Source of the DNA: Pelagomonas calceolata
Lineage: Eukaryota
DNA length: 64,000 nt
Assembly (NCBI GenBank): GCA_918797485.1
Contig: CAKKNE010000002.1
Span: forward strand, 4,588,001-4,652,000
Reading direction: 5' to 3'
Positions 20,208 through 30,718 of the stretch are shown piece after piece (positions within the stretch are counted from its first letter, which is position 1; each line of letters starts with the position of its first letter). The notes beneath the pieces are model-generated. The model saw only the letters and a list, made by a program, of their open reading frames with translations, did not search any database and had not been told where the DNA came from. The position numbers were made by a program, and so were the translations under genes.

Positions 20208-20690
20208 CTACACGACGTCGGCCCAGGCCCGCGCCGAGGGAGTGCCGACGGTGCCGTTGAACGTGAGCGAGTCGATCTCGAGGTAGTGGTGGTAGGGCAG
20301 CTCGACGTAGAGCTGGAAGACGCCGTCAGCGCGGCGCACGGGCCCGAAGAACGGCTTCGAGTCGATCTCCAGCGCGGCGACGACGGGCGTGAGGTCGTCG
20401 ACGCTCCACGCGCAGTGCGTGTTGCAGAAGACCGTCCACGCCCGCATGTCGTCGTCAGCTTCGTCGATCCACTCCTGGAGCGTCGCCTCGGTGATGCTTC
20501 CCATCTCTTCCTTGGAGACGACGCCGTCGCCGTCCAGATCGATGCCGCCGCGGAGCGCGAGCGACTTGTAGGAGGCGCCGCCTTACTCGACGGCCGTGTA
20601 CGGTCACCGCTGGGTCTTGGAGGTGACGGTGCCGCCGTCGGACTCCGCGGCGAAACGGAGGCGGTTCTCGGCCGTCCACGTGGCGCCGCG
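20208..20690 (-). pseudogene. Probable pseudogene or gene fragment with an EF-hand-like loop
   Basis: Coding-like frame continues upstream of ORF 20208..20504 (…AENRLRFAAESDGGTVTSKTQR*PYTAVE*GGASYKSLALRGGIDLDGDGVVSKEEM…). In-frame TGA at 20606-20604 and TAA at 20585-20583. Confidence 0.55.
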
Positions 20691-20779
20691 CACGCGGCCG
20701 CGGCGCGGCGCGGCGCCCGGACCGCCGACGGCGGGCACTCCTGGCAGCGACGCGTCCCAGAACTAACAACAGTCAGTGG

Positions 20780-21907
20780 TTACTCCATCTCCCCCGCGAC
20801 GCCCTCCACAAGATCGTCGACCCAGTCCAGGAACGGCGCCTTGTCGTCGCGCATGGCCCGCATCGCGTAGTCCAGGTGGCCGCCCTCGACGTCGACGCGC
20901 GTAAAAACAACGTCAGGCGCGGCCGCGTGGACCGCCGCGACGGCGTCGGCGCCGCTCGTGAGCGGCGCCGTCAGGTCCGCGGCGCCGTGCACGAGGAGCA
21001 CTTTATCCGCGAAGGTCTTCCCGCAAACGGGCGAGTAGGCCCGCATCTTGCCCGCGTAGGCCGCGCCGAGCGCCGACACGTCGTGCACTCCTCTCCTACT
21101 CTCGTGCGCGTAGTGCTCCTCGAGATCGAAGACGCCCGAGCAGAGCGCCGCGGCCGCGGGCCGCGCGCCCCGCGTCGTCGACGCCGCGGCGACCAAATGC
21201 GCGCCGGCCGACAGCCCGACGGCCACGACGCCGCCGGGCCGCCGCCGTTCGGCCCACGTCAATGCCGCCGCGACGGCGTCGACCATGTCCTCCCCGTCGC
21301 CCAACGGCCAGGGGGCGTACTGCGCGACCGCGACCTCGCACCGGCTCCGCTTGGCGACGCGCGCCGCGAGCAGGCGGTAGAGCCGCGCGTCGTCCCCGTG
21401 GCACCAGCCGCCGCCCGGGACTAATACAACGAGCGGCCGCGTCGAATCGCCCCCTGCATAGAGGTCGATGGCGTGGCCGCCCTCGTCGCGAGACTCGACG
21501 AGCGTCTCGCCGGCGCGCCGCCACTGCTCTAATAAAGCCCGGCCGGCCTGGACCAGCGACCGGCCCGAGTCCTTCGCGTCGGCGGCGGCGAGCGCCACGA
21601 AGCCCGCGACCGCTTCGAACGCCGTGAATTGGCGCCACGCTATTCTAGAATCTCGGAGCAACCGGGCCAGCCGCGTCGGGATGACTTTCCCGACGGCGCC
21701 TTCCGCGTCCTCGGCGCCCGCGGCCGCGGCGCCGACGACGCCGAGGAGGACTGCAGGCATGACCGCGCCGGCCGCCACATCAGACGCGGTGCGGACGAGC
21801 GGGTTGCGCCGTTTTGGCGGCGGCTGACTTGGTTTGAGTGCCGCTGCCAGACAGGCGAGGCTCGTCGCGGCGATGGCCCAGACCATGCCTTGCTGGGGCA
21901 TGCGCAT
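20780..21907 (-). CDS. Alpha/beta hydrolase (isoprenylcysteine methylesterase / BD-FAE-like esterase) with a hydrophobic N-terminus
   Basis: Oxyanion region VVLVPGGGW, nucleophile elbow GLSAGAHL, SGVFDL, HGAADLTAP and GGH. First ATG at 21907; the ORF-track start is a GTG. Confidence 0.8.
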   Translation of the reverse strand: MRMPQQGMVWAIAATSLACLAAALKPSQPPPKRRNPLVRTASDVAAGAVMPAVLLGVVGAAAAGAEDAEGAVGKVIPTRLARLLRDSRIAWRQFTAFEAVAGFVALAAADAKDSGRSLVQAGRALLEQWRRAGETLVESRDEGGHAIDLYAGGDSTRPLVVLVPGGGWCHGDDARLYRLLAARVAKRSRCEVAVAQYAPWPLGDGEDMVDAVAAALTWAERRRPGGVVAVGLSAGAHLVAAASTTRGARPAAAALCSGVFDLEEHYAHESRRGVHDVSALGAAYAGKMRAYSPVCGKTFADKVLLVHGAADLTAPLTSGADAVAAVHAAAPDVVFTRVDVEGGHLDYAMRAMRDDKAPFLDWVDDLVEGVAGEME

Positions 21908-22154
21908 GGTGGTGGTGGTGAGATACTGCCAGCACTGTGCGGCCACTTTTATTTTGATCGATGTGCGCGCGCGTGCTGCTCAAAACCTCCCGGAGAGCCT
22001 TTGGCTGGGGCGCTGCGCTGCACGCTCTGAGATGCGTTGTGGATGTTACTGGGGTCAAGTTCTGTAAGAGGACGACCCCCGAGACCTATTCCGATCACTC
22101 GTAAGCTGCTGTAGCTGGCGTACAGAGCGTTTTTGCGTGGCATGCTCGTGCTGG

Positions 22155-22173
22155 CTAGTGTCTTACCGCTAGC
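22155..22173. promoter_or_regulatory. Copy of recurrent upstream motif
   Basis: ctagtgtcttaccgctagc about 250 nt upstream of the hydrolase start. Confidence 0.6.
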
Positions 22174-22278
22174 TCAGTCGCGCTCGCGCACTAGTCCGAG
22201 GGCTACGATAGAAGTCTCTCTAAGCGCGATGGAAAGTAACGCCGGCCGACGCGTCCCTAAAAACCAACGAGCGCGAGT

Positions 22279-23208
22279 CTACGAAGAACACACATTACAC
22301 GCCGCCGCCGCGACACTAAACTCCCAGGACGCCTCCGGGCAGACGGCTTTCAGCCAATCCCGCGGCGACGGCACCTCGTGGAGCACGTCCATGTACAGAT
22401 CCGCCACGGCCTTGGCGCCCTTCAGCGGCAATCGACATAGAGTCGTCGTCTTTCGTTTGACCGGATCATAAAACGCGACGATGACGTGCGGCGGGCAGTT
22501 GATGGCCGTCATTTTCCGTTGGTAGTCGTCGCAGTCGAGGGCGTCGGGGGGCTGGACCGTCAGTTGCGCGCGGCCGACGTTCTTCGTTGCCCACTTGGCT
22601 ATCAATGCTTCGTCATCTATTAATGACTCGCCCTTCAGCGTCGCGCAGCAATCACGTAAAGCAGTGAGCTTCCCGAAATATTCGCGCAAATCCCCGCCAT
22701 TCAACTGAAGACAATACGGCGACGACGCCCACTGCAATGCTCTAAATCCAGCGTGGAACGGCGCGACTCGTCTAGAATCAGTAGAGGAAGCCGGCATGGC
22801 GATCTCGCGCGCGAGCAGCACGCGGCTACTTTCCGCCTCAAATTCCACCGTCACGCGCTGGTCCAACACCTTCAGGGAGAGCACCGATCGTTTGTGTTGT
22901 GCACAGATTGCCCAGAGGCTCCCCGGCCACTTGCTCCAAGCCATCTTTTCTTTCGTGGCGCGCGCCCAGAAGGCGTCGGCGAACTCGTTGGTGTCGTCAA
23001 GGTCTCCCAATTCGCGGGGCAGCAGCTCGGACTCATCTATCTCAGGTTCGGTTGGTGTGAATTGTGCTAATAACCGTCGCATGGCTGCGATCTCGGGGGG
23101 TTCCTCCGTGCTCATTGATTGGCGCCTCTCTTCCACCTCTCTGATCAAGGTTTTGGCGTCCTCTTGGGCTTGGTTCGGGGGCGGCGGCGGCGGCGGGGCG
23201 TCTGCCAT
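22279..23208 (-). CDS. Hypothetical protein
   Basis: Long ORF with coding-like composition from MADAPPPPPPPNQ (ATG 23208). No domain recognised. Confidence 0.65.
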   Translation of the reverse strand: MADAPPPPPPPNQAQEDAKTLIREVEERRQSMSTEEPPEIAAMRRLLAQFTPTEPEIDESELLPRELGDLDDTNEFADAFWARATKEKMAWSKWPGSLWAICAQHKRSVLSLKVLDQRVTVEFEAESSRVLLAREIAMPASSTDSRRVAPFHAGFRALQWASSPYCLQLNGGDLREYFGKLTALRDCCATLKGESLIDDEALIAKWATKNVGRAQLTVQPPDALDCDDYQRKMTAINCPPHVIVAFYDPVKRKTTTLCRLPLKGAKAVADLYMDVLHEVPSPRDWLKAVCPEASWEFSVAAAACNVCSS

Positions 23209-23529
23209 GATGATTTGGGCAGCCTCACTGTCCTGGTGGCTTGGTGCCAGCAGCTGGGGTGCAGATGGCGGTGGCCGCAGGCCAGTCGACTTCTTAGAAA
23301 CCCCGTTGCCGCGGGGATTGCAATAGGGCAGCAAAAAGCGGCAAACGAGCGCAAAAATGATTTTCACGACCCGTTTTGCAACATAAAAAAACGCGATAAA
23401 TTTTTAGAGTTGAATAGCGGTACGCGGCCCTACACACGCAGCGCAGTTGTCATTTATCGCATTCATCGACGACGTGAGCTCACAGCCCGCGAAAGCCGTG
23501 CGTGCATCGCCGGCACGACAACACACCAA

Positions 23530-24063
23530 ATGGCCAAGCCCAAAACTAGACCAACGCGGCGCGAGCCGACCTACGCCGCCGTCGCGAAGCCCGTTGCCGT
23601 AGAAGCGCCGCCGCCCGCGCCAAGTGCACCGGCGCCGCCGCCGGCCGCCGTGGATGTGCGCGGCCGCAACGTCTCCGGCCGGCCCTGGAAGCAGCCGCCG
23701 AAGAGCCGAAGCTCATCGCTAAAAATGACGCAGCCGCGCAAGTCCTGGGACGCGAAGAAGCGGGACCGCGAGGCGCGGCAGCGGGCGCGCGAGAAGGAGG
23801 CGGAGTTGGTCGAAGCGCGGAAAGAACGGATCGCCGAGCAGAAGCGCAAGACCGAAGAAAAAAGGAGTCGGAAAAGGAGGAATGAATTCCGGAACGCCCA
23901 GTACCAGGTCATCACGAACGACAAGACCGTCAAATCTTTATCGAAGAAAAAATTGCGGCAAATCAAGCGGACGCGCGTCGCGGCCGACGGCGAGGTGGAG
24001 CTGGTCGACGCCTACGCGCCCATGCACGGTCCTCGGGCGAAGCGCGTGCGGGGGGGGAAGTGA
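23530..24063 (+). CDS. CCDC86: CCDC86/Cgr1-family nucleolar coiled-coil protein
   Basis: GRNVSGRPWK, KSWDAK, a charged coiled coil, and NEFRNAQYQVITNDKTVKSLSKKKLRQIKR. Confidence 0.8.
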   Translation: MAKPKTRPTRREPTYAAVAKPVAVEAPPPAPSAPAPPPAAVDVRGRNVSGRPWKQPPKSRSSSLKMTQPRKSWDAKKRDREARQRAREKEAELVEARKERIAEQKRKTEEKRSRKRRNEFRNAQYQVITNDKTVKSLSKKKLRQIKRTRVAADGEVELVDAYAPMHGPRAKRVRGGK

Positions 24064-24415
24064 GTTTTCTTCGCGCGGACGCGGCCGTCGCGGCGACGGC
24101 GTCACATCGTGGGGGCGGCGGTGCAAGTAATGACCTGTGTAATCGTGCTCCCGTGTTGTCGCAGTTCAGGGTTCGCCGGCCGTGCAGCCAGCTTGAGCCA
24201 TGCCCAACTTTTGCTTCTGGCAAGCCAAAGCTCGCTCTCGCACAGGAACAGTAGCACCGGCGCCGAATTTCGCTGCCCTACCGCACCGCGCGCGCGCCGG
24301 CCGACGTATCCGGTCGGCTCGCGACCGCTGCCCCGCGGCGAAAGCATGAAAGCACCACAACCACTGCCCTAGACATTACATTGCAAACCGCAGGTCCTCG
24401 CGCACGAATCGAGAA

Positions 24416-24652
24416 ATGAAGCACCGGCGCCCCCGCGCCGCGCAGAACAAGGACGTCGTGCCGCTGATCGCGGACCAGGTCTTCCAGCCCGCCGTCGTCC
24501 ACGCGCCGCGGAAACCGGCGCCGAAGCGGAAATCCCTCAACAAGAAGGCGCCGAAGCGCGCCAGGGCCAAGACTGTCGTGAAAAAATCGCGTGGGTCCGG
24601 CAACCGCGGCGGCTCGCGGAAGGGCGGCGGCCGCAAGAGCGGGCGGCGCTAG
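24416..24652 (+). CDS. Possible small, highly basic protein (may have an upstream exon)
   Basis: 78-aa Lys/Arg/Gly-rich ORF with GC3-biased codons. A possible acceptor ccgcag lies at about 24393. Confidence 0.35.
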   Translation: MKHRRPRAAQNKDVVPLIADQVFQPAVVHAPRKPAPKRKSLNKKAPKRARAKTVVKKSRGSGNRGGSRKGGGRKSGRR

Positions 24653-24747
24653 GCGGCGCGCGCGTCCCCCGTAACGATCGACACACTCAGTTCTTACTTT
24701 TTTCGCGCCAGAGCGATCTTGTCCCAGACGCGACACACGCACATGTC

Positions 24748-25527
24748 CTATTTCGTCGCGCGCCAAAACGAGAGCACGTTCCAGACGACGCCGTTGTCGC
24801 CGAGGCGCGCGAGGAAGGCGACGGCCGCCGTCCACTCGGCGGTGCCTCGCGTGCGACGACGAGGTATGAGGTGGCCCCGCATCGCGAGGCCGCGGAGCAG
24901 CAGCACCTCGCGGTGCGGCTCGCGGCAGTAGCTCTTGAAGGAGCCCGCGCGGCGCACGCCGGCGACGAGGGCTCTCATGGCGGGCCAGAATGATTCGGGG
25001 ATGTCCCGACCTCCAGTATCATCATCAGAATCCGGGAAATGGTATTCAAGTGGATGTCCCTGATAGACACGGTCAAGCGACGCGCCCGCCCTCAGCAGAG
25101 CAGTCACGCACTCCAAGCTGGTAGTTCCGCCGTAACTCACGAGGGCGCTGAGGCATGTTCGGTCAATGTCATTCCTTGCGTTCGGGTCAGCGCCCGCCGA
25201 AAGCAGCAGCTGTATCATTTCTGCCACAGGCCCGTTTTCGTGGCGGTAGCAAGCCCTCAACAGCACCGTATTTCCAATTGCATTGCGAACCTCAGTCGAC
25301 GCGCCGCGGGACAGGAGGTAGCGTGCCACCTCGACGTTCCCTAGAGTCAAGCCACCATCTTCTCCAGAAGTGCCCCCCGCACACCGCATCAGAGGCGTCA
25401 TTCCAACCACATCTTCGCAGAGGCCGTCCACGTCTCGCGCGCCATCGCTCTCGTCTTCAAAATAGACCCTGATGGTCTCAAGGTCTCCTTCAGTTGCTGC
25501 GACACTAATGTGCTCTGGCAGGGTCAT
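24748..25527 (-). CDS. Ankyrin-repeat protein
   Basis: GMTPLMRCA, ARYLLSRGASTEVRNAIGNTVLLRAC and QLLLSAGADPNARND. C-terminal tail ...LGDNGVVWNVLSFW. Confidence 0.85.
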   Translation of the reverse strand: MTLPEHISVAATEGDLETIRVYFEDESDGARDVDGLCEDVVGMTPLMRCAGGTSGEDGGLTLGNVEVARYLLSRGASTEVRNAIGNTVLLRACYRHENGPVAEMIQLLLSAGADPNARNDIDRTCLSALVSYGGTTSLECVTALLRAGASLDRVYQGHPLEYHFPDSDDDTGGRDIPESFWPAMRALVAGVRRAGSFKSYCREPHREVLLLRGLAMRGHLIPRRRTRGTAEWTAAVAFLARLGDNGVVWNVLSFWRATK

Positions 25528-25690
25528 TGCCAGCCGAGCTGAAAAACGCGCTGCCGAGGCACGGCGGCGGCTTAGCGCTGCAGAATACGCTGTAGCACAG
25601 CGCAGCCGCTGTGCAACAAACTAGATAGCTGCTTGATCAGCGCTCTGCGCTGCGCTGCGGCGGCTGCTCCACCTCTGCCCCAATACATTC

Positions 25691-25712
25691 CTAGTGTCTT
25701 ACAGGCGCTAGC
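25691..25712. promoter_or_regulatory. Copy of recurrent upstream motif
   Basis: ctagtgtcttacaggcgctagc lies between divergent starts at 25527(-) and 25973(+). Confidence 0.6.
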
Positions 25713-25972
25713 TCGTAGACAAGGCAGACAACCTCAAAGCACCGGTCCAAACCTCCCGGAAGCACGCCTCGCGCGAAGGGAAACTAGAGAGGCCGCCTGC
25801 GAGGCACATCGGTTGGCCGTGCGCCAGGGTCACGATAATATTGCGGCGCGGGACGCCAACGGCTGCACGAGGAAGGTCCGTAGGACTCCTCCGGAGCCAC
25901 GTCGCACCGCGCACGCGCAGCAACGGCTGCCCCGGCCGCGCGCACAGGAACCACCAGCAAGACCCAGCCAAG

Positions 25973-28342
25973 ATGAGCAGCCCCGAGCTGCGCAACGTGG
26001 AAGTAAGAGTACGGGTGCGCCCCGGCTCGAAGAAGAGCGCTGTACGCACGCACTCCACGAAAGAACTCTCGGTCGACGACAAGCGCTGGGCCTTCGACCG
26101 CGTCTACGGTCCCGACTCGCAACAATCCGACGTCTACGAGGAGGCAGTGAAACCGCTCGTCGAGGCGACGCTGGATGGCTACAACTCGACGGTCTTGGCC
26201 TACGGCCAGACGGGCAGCGGCAAGACGTATACGATGGGCACCGGGCACGAAACGCTCAGTCAAAACGAAGGCGTGGTCCCTAGGGCGCTGCGGGACCTGT
26301 TTGATCATGGTAGTGCCGTGAAGATCCGCGGGTCGTATGTGGAAGTGTATAATGAAGAACTCAGGGACCTCCTCGACCCCGCACCGAAGAAACTCCATAT
26401 CCGCGAAGACGCGACGCGAGGCATTTTCGTCGACGGTGCCCGGCAAGTGTCCCTGACCTCGGTCGAGGACGCCGTCACTTTGCTAGAGAGAGGTGCTGCT
26501 TCAAGAGCGACGGAGGCCACGAAGCTGAACGACCGCTCTTCCAGAAGCCACGCGATTTTAACGCTGACGGTCGAGCGGCGCAAGCACTTGGTCGAGGACT
26601 CCAATGGTGATGTCAGAGCCTCGTCGCACATCGCCGTCGTGCGGTCGAAGATCCACTGCGTCGATTTGGCGGGGAGCGAGCGGTGCAAGCGGAGCGGGGC
26701 CCAAGGCGCGCGTCTGAAGGAAGGTATACATATCAACGGTGGGCTATTGGCGCTCGGTAAGGTCATCTCGGCCCTCTGTGACCGCGAGGAGGGCAAGTCG
26801 GCCCACGCGCCCTATAGGGAGTCGAAGCTTACAAGGTTATTGCAAGACTCGCTGGGCGGGACAGCGAGAACGTGCATGCTCGCCTGCGTCTCTCCTGACT
26901 CACAAGATCTGCCGGAGACACTCACAACTTTGGGATACGCGTCTCGGGCGCGACGGGTGAAGAACACCATTCAACAAAACGCCACTACTGTCGTCGTGCA
27001 GGGCCCTTCGCACCTAGAGTTGGAGAACCGGAGACTGCGGGCGCAACTCGCGGCCATGAGCGTGGACAAGCCGCCGCCGCCGCCCTCGCCGAGGGACGAC
27101 TTCGGGGATGGGCCTCATCGGTTGCAGCAGGCTGTCTGCGAAGGCAATCGGCGGCTGGCGCATGTCAAGGTCGCTTTAGAGTCCATAGTGGCCAAGGGCG
27201 GCCTGGATCTGAGGACGCGGGACGCGATTCGAGCTATTGTGGAGAGCGTAGGTGGGAATAAAGGTGATCCTCCTCTAGGTGAGCTCGTGACCGGAGGACC
27301 GGTCCGTGCTGTGTTAGAATTACAAGCGGCCGTCGACCAGCGGGATGCGAAGCTAAGATGTCTGGAAACGCAACTACGCGAAGCTAGAAGTGACTTACAA
27401 CGCGACGAGGAGATCTTCGCGACGCGAGCGAGGGAGCTGCGAGACTGCAAGGATGCATTGCGACGGAAAGATAGAGAAGTGTCTGACTTGAGGGCGCATC
27501 TCGTGAGGGCCGAAGCTAGAGCGGACGCGACGGAGCAGGTCCTGAAGTCGGCCAAGAGTCGCTTATCGACCGATAACACAGAGAATCAAGACCCCCTCGA
27601 CCTGACTTCTAAGTTGAGAGCGTCCTGTTTGAGAGCCGAGTCAAAAGCTAAAAGGGACTTGGATCGCGAGCAGGAGTCCCTCAAGCAGCGCGAACAGGCC
27701 CAAAAGAGGCTGCAGGTCCTCGAAGCGGAGATCTCCACGAAGGAAGCGTGCATTGCATCGTTGGCGGCGTCGGAACGGGAAGCGACGAGGGCCGTGTCGC
27801 AGTACCAGAAGCGCATCACTTTGTTGGAGCGCGAGGCCGAGCAGCTACGGTCCATGCAGTCGCCTTGCACCGTACGCGAGAAGAAGAATGAACTAGCGCA
27901 GCTGAAGATGCAGGATATTGAAAGAGTGGAGCAGCTGCGGAAGGCCTCGGAGGTTAGGATTTGTGAGTTGCACGAGGAAGTTTCTACTCTCAAATCGCAG
28001 CGCGACTCGCAACGACCTTCTACTTCTAGACCGGTCACGGCGCGGACGCGCGACAAGCTCGAGAAGCGGGCGCACCGCTGGCTGCGACGACGTTTAGATG
28101 CGGTAACACGACCGCCGACGGCCGGCGCCTCGGTTGAAACGGACCCCTTCGACGCTTTACGAAGTGACGTCGCCGAACTCCCGCAAAAGCACTGCGCGGC
28201 CGCGCTGACGGAGGCGCTGCGCCAGCTCGTCTCTCATAGAATCAACCGCGTCGTCACGCCTCCTGTTCCTCCTGCCACTATTCAAGCTTACGAACAGAAG
28301 ATCGACATGCTCCTGCGGGAGCTGCATAAGTATGAATCATAA
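25973..28342 (+). CDS. Kinesin motor protein (kinesin-4/KIF21/KIF27-like) with a coiled-coil stalk
   Basis: VRVRP, GYNSTVLAYGQTGSGKTYTMGT, NDRSSRSHAI, VDLAGSER, INGGLLALGKVISAL and PYRESKLTRLLQDSLGG. Confidence 0.92.
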   Translation: MSSPELRNVEVRVRVRPGSKKSAVRTHSTKELSVDDKRWAFDRVYGPDSQQSDVYEEAVKPLVEATLDGYNSTVLAYGQTGSGKTYTMGTGHETLSQNEGVVPRALRDLFDHGSAVKIRGSYVEVYNEELRDLLDPAPKKLHIREDATRGIFVDGARQVSLTSVEDAVTLLERGAASRATEATKLNDRSSRSHAILTLTVERRKHLVEDSNGDVRASSHIAVVRSKIHCVDLAGSERCKRSGAQGARLKEGIHINGGLLALGKVISALCDREEGKSAHAPYRESKLTRLLQDSLGGTARTCMLACVSPDSQDLPETLTTLGYASRARRVKNTIQQNATTVVVQGPSHLELENRRLRAQLAAMSVDKPPPPPSPRDDFGDGPHRLQQAVCEGNRRLAHVKVALESIVAKGGLDLRTRDAIRAIVESVGGNKGDPPLGELVTGGPVRAVLELQAAVDQRDAKLRCLETQLREARSDLQRDEEIFATRARELRDCKDALRRKDREVSDLRAHLVRAEARADATEQVLKSAKSRLSTDNTENQDPLDLTSKLRASCLRAESKAKRDLDREQESLKQREQAQKRLQVLEAEISTKEACIASLAASEREATRAVSQYQKRITLLEREAEQLRSMQSPCTVREKKNELAQLKMQDIERVEQLRKASEVRICELHEEVSTLKSQRDSQRPSTSRPVTARTRDKLEKRAHRWLRRRLDAVTRPPTAGASVETDPFDALRSDVAELPQKHCAAALTEALRQLVSHRINRVVTPPVPPATIQAYEQKIDMLLRELHKYES

Positions 28343-28413
28343 TTCGAGATATATATTATGTTAAAGACCGCCTTCGCGGCCACAAGCAGACCTGCAAGAG
28401 CATACGAGCAGGC

Positions 28414-28893
28414 CTAGAACGTCGGGCGCGGGTGGTCCGTTCTCGAAGGCGGCTCCCAGACCCCACTGCTGTAGACGCTCTCGCCGACGGTCCAGCCCTT
28501 GACGCCCTCCATGACGCGCGCCTCCTCCGCGTCCTCCGCGTCTTCGGACGCGCAGAAGCGCCTATCTTCTTCCGCTTGTAAATAAGGGACCATGTTCATG
28601 CGGGCTTCGCGCTTCTCGCGCTTCGCCGCGTTCCTTTCTAAATTCGTCTGGCCGACGCGGTAGAAGCCGACGGCCACGACGGCCATGGCCGCGGCCCAGA
28701 TCTTCCAGCCCTCGGGGCCCCGGTCCTTTTGCGCCTTCGCGAAGAGCACGGAAGGGTAGCCGCCGGGCGGCGGCATGTCCTGGTGGATTGGTCTCAATTC
28801 TTGGGAGACACCATGCTTGGTGGGGGCGCCGCCCGACAAGCGGCGGCGCTGCGGCCGCGCTCTTGTAGCAACGACGCGGGCGCTGCGCAACAT
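28414..28893 (-). CDS. NDUFA13: NADH:ubiquinone oxidoreductase subunit A13 (GRIM-19 / B16.6)
   Basis: QDMPPPGGY, a TM helix, EKREARMNMVPYLQAEEDRRF and MEGVKGWTVGESVYSS. Mitochondrial-type presequence MLRSARVVATRARPQRRRLS. Confidence 0.9.
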   Translation of the reverse strand: MLRSARVVATRARPQRRRLSGGAPTKHGVSQELRPIHQDMPPPGGYPSVLFAKAQKDRGPEGWKIWAAAMAVVAVGFYRVGQTNLERNAAKREKREARMNMVPYLQAEEDRRFCASEDAEDAEEARVMEGVKGWTVGESVYSSGVWEPPSRTDHPRPTF

Positions 28894-29372
28894 GACCTGT
28901 GTGAAATGCGCGCGCGTGAGGCGGGCCGCTCGAGGGTATAAAACTCTCGGGACCGGTGCGCTCCCGGCTGCGAACAGCCCGCGCCGGGCGTCGCGAGGCG
29001 AAAACCGCCGGGGCCGCGCCGCCCGTCCTCTCGCAAGCCGTATGAAGGTCCCCACGCTACGTGAGAGCGCGGCGACTGATTAATTAGGTGCTTTTTTGGC
29101 CTTGGTTCGGGACGCCGGTGGGCGCAAGTTGTTGGCGCTGCCCTCGAAGTGCTGTTTTGCGTGAGCACGCGTCGGCGGCGTCCACTCCCGCGCGTGATTA
29201 GCAAATTGCTGGTGCAGCCCTCAAGTGCTGTGTTTTGCGTGAGCGGCCCGTCGGCGACCGCTTATTCCGCGGCAGGTCGATAGCGTGACTAGAAGCGATG
29301 TACCGAGGGGCTGTGCCACCTCGTGACCTCTCTCGCGCCGCTGTTTATCCCGGCCTTAGCAAGACGGGCGCG

Positions 29373-29393
29373 CTAGTGTCTAACTACGCTAGC
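29373..29393. promoter_or_regulatory. Copy of recurrent upstream motif
   Basis: ctagtgtctaactacgctagc lies upstream of NDUFA13. Confidence 0.55.
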
Positions 29394-29461
29394 CGAACCG
29401 AACGCTCGACCGCACGCCGCCGCCGCGACCCGCACAGAAGATTAATCCAATCAACCAATTC

Positions 29462-30292
29462 TTAGGCCACGACGCAGCTCAGCTCCGAGCAGGGCGCGCT
29501 TTCTTCCCCGAACGTCGTCGCCAAACAAGACTCTCTACCTTGTCGAGCCTTCGCTAATTCTGGATCTTGACGTTCCAAAAAAGCCACGACGTCGTCCCTT
29601 TGCGCGCGTTTAGCCACCTCCAACGGCGTCCGACCGTGCCCGTCGATGGCCCTCGCGTCGAGACCCCGTTCCACCGCCAAGAAAGCCACGACATCGAGGT
29701 GGCCCCGATAGCAGGCCATGTGGAAGGGCGTGATGCCGTTCTTGCCCCGCTTGCAGTCCACTCCTCTTTTGGCCAAGAAATCGACCACCGCAAGGTTCCC
29801 CTCCTGGCACGCGAAAAAGAAGGGAGTGGAGCCGGCCTCGTTGACCGGCTCCAATGCAACACCTCTGTCTGCGAGTAACTCCGCAATATCCAACCGACAA
29901 TGCTGGCAACATATAAAGAAGGGCGTGTTGCCTTTGGAGTTCGGCCGCTCGAGGTCCGCGCCCTTCTCGATCAAGAACTTCACGATGTCGACGTAGCCCC
30001 TATAAGCTGCTATAAACACAGGAGTAGCTCCGTCGTGGATGGGCCTATCGACGTCCGCACCGATCGAACAGAGAAAGCGCACGATCTCCAGATGGCCGTT
30101 CTGGACGGCCGCGGCGAAGGCCGTGCCCCCGTGGATCTCGGCGTTGACGTCGAGCGGCGGCTGGTTCGGCTGGTTTACGACTCGTTTTACTTCGTCGAGC
30201 TTCCCATCATAGCAGGCCGTGTAGCACTTTAAGGCGCGGCTCGAGACGGCCGGTGCCGTGGCTTTGTAGGTGGTGTCGGCGTCTGAACTCAT
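29462..30292 (-). CDS. Ankyrin-repeat protein ending in a CaaX motif (CVVA)
   Basis: About 6 ankyrin repeats (GATPVFIAAYRGYVDIVKFLIEKGAD, GSTPFFFACQEG, GITPFHMACYRGHLDVV). C-terminus ...PCSELSCVVA*. Likely ATG at 30292. Confidence 0.85.
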   Translation of the reverse strand: MSSDADTTYKATAPAVSSRALKCYTACYDGKLDEVKRVVNQPNQPPLDVNAEIHGGTAFAAAVQNGHLEIVRFLCSIGADVDRPIHDGATPVFIAAYRGYVDIVKFLIEKGADLERPNSKGNTPFFICCQHCRLDIAELLADRGVALEPVNEAGSTPFFFACQEGNLAVVDFLAKRGVDCKRGKNGITPFHMACYRGHLDVVAFLAVERGLDARAIDGHGRTPLEVAKRAQRDDVVAFLERQDPELAKARQGRESCLATTFGEESAPCSELSCVVA

Positions 30293-30718
30293 CGGGCTGC
30301 CTTTGATGGGTTTTGTGAGATGCGACGGGGCCAGTGCTCGCCGCCGTCGGGCTGCCCGCGGCGGTGTTAGATGCGAATTTGGGGTGCCAATTCGAAGCTG
30401 CGGCACCGGTGCCGGGTTTTGCGGCAGCGCCTCTGCCACGGAATCTATTGGGAGGTAGGGCTCCGTTGTGTCGCCGGAGGGTTCACACCTTCGACTCGCG
30501 CGCCGCGGGTACCGAGGCTAGTAGAGGCTAGTAGGGCCAAAAGCAATAGCGCCGCGCGAGCCCATTAGGCTGGGAGACGGCCGGGAGCAGGCGCCAGGCC
30601 TTGCACGGGCTCCCCCGCAGCCAAGGGCAGCAATAACGAGCGTCTGCGCCGCGCGCGTGCGCCCGCAGCGCCGCTAGCCAGCCCCCAAGGGCAGCCCAGA
30701 CAAGCAGCCCAGACACCA

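Noticed and set aside
20583..20606. Selenocysteine or stop-codon reassignment to explain the in-frame TGA
   Set aside because: A TAA follows 21 nt later in the same frame, and TGA, TAA and TAG all act as normal stops in neighbouring genes.
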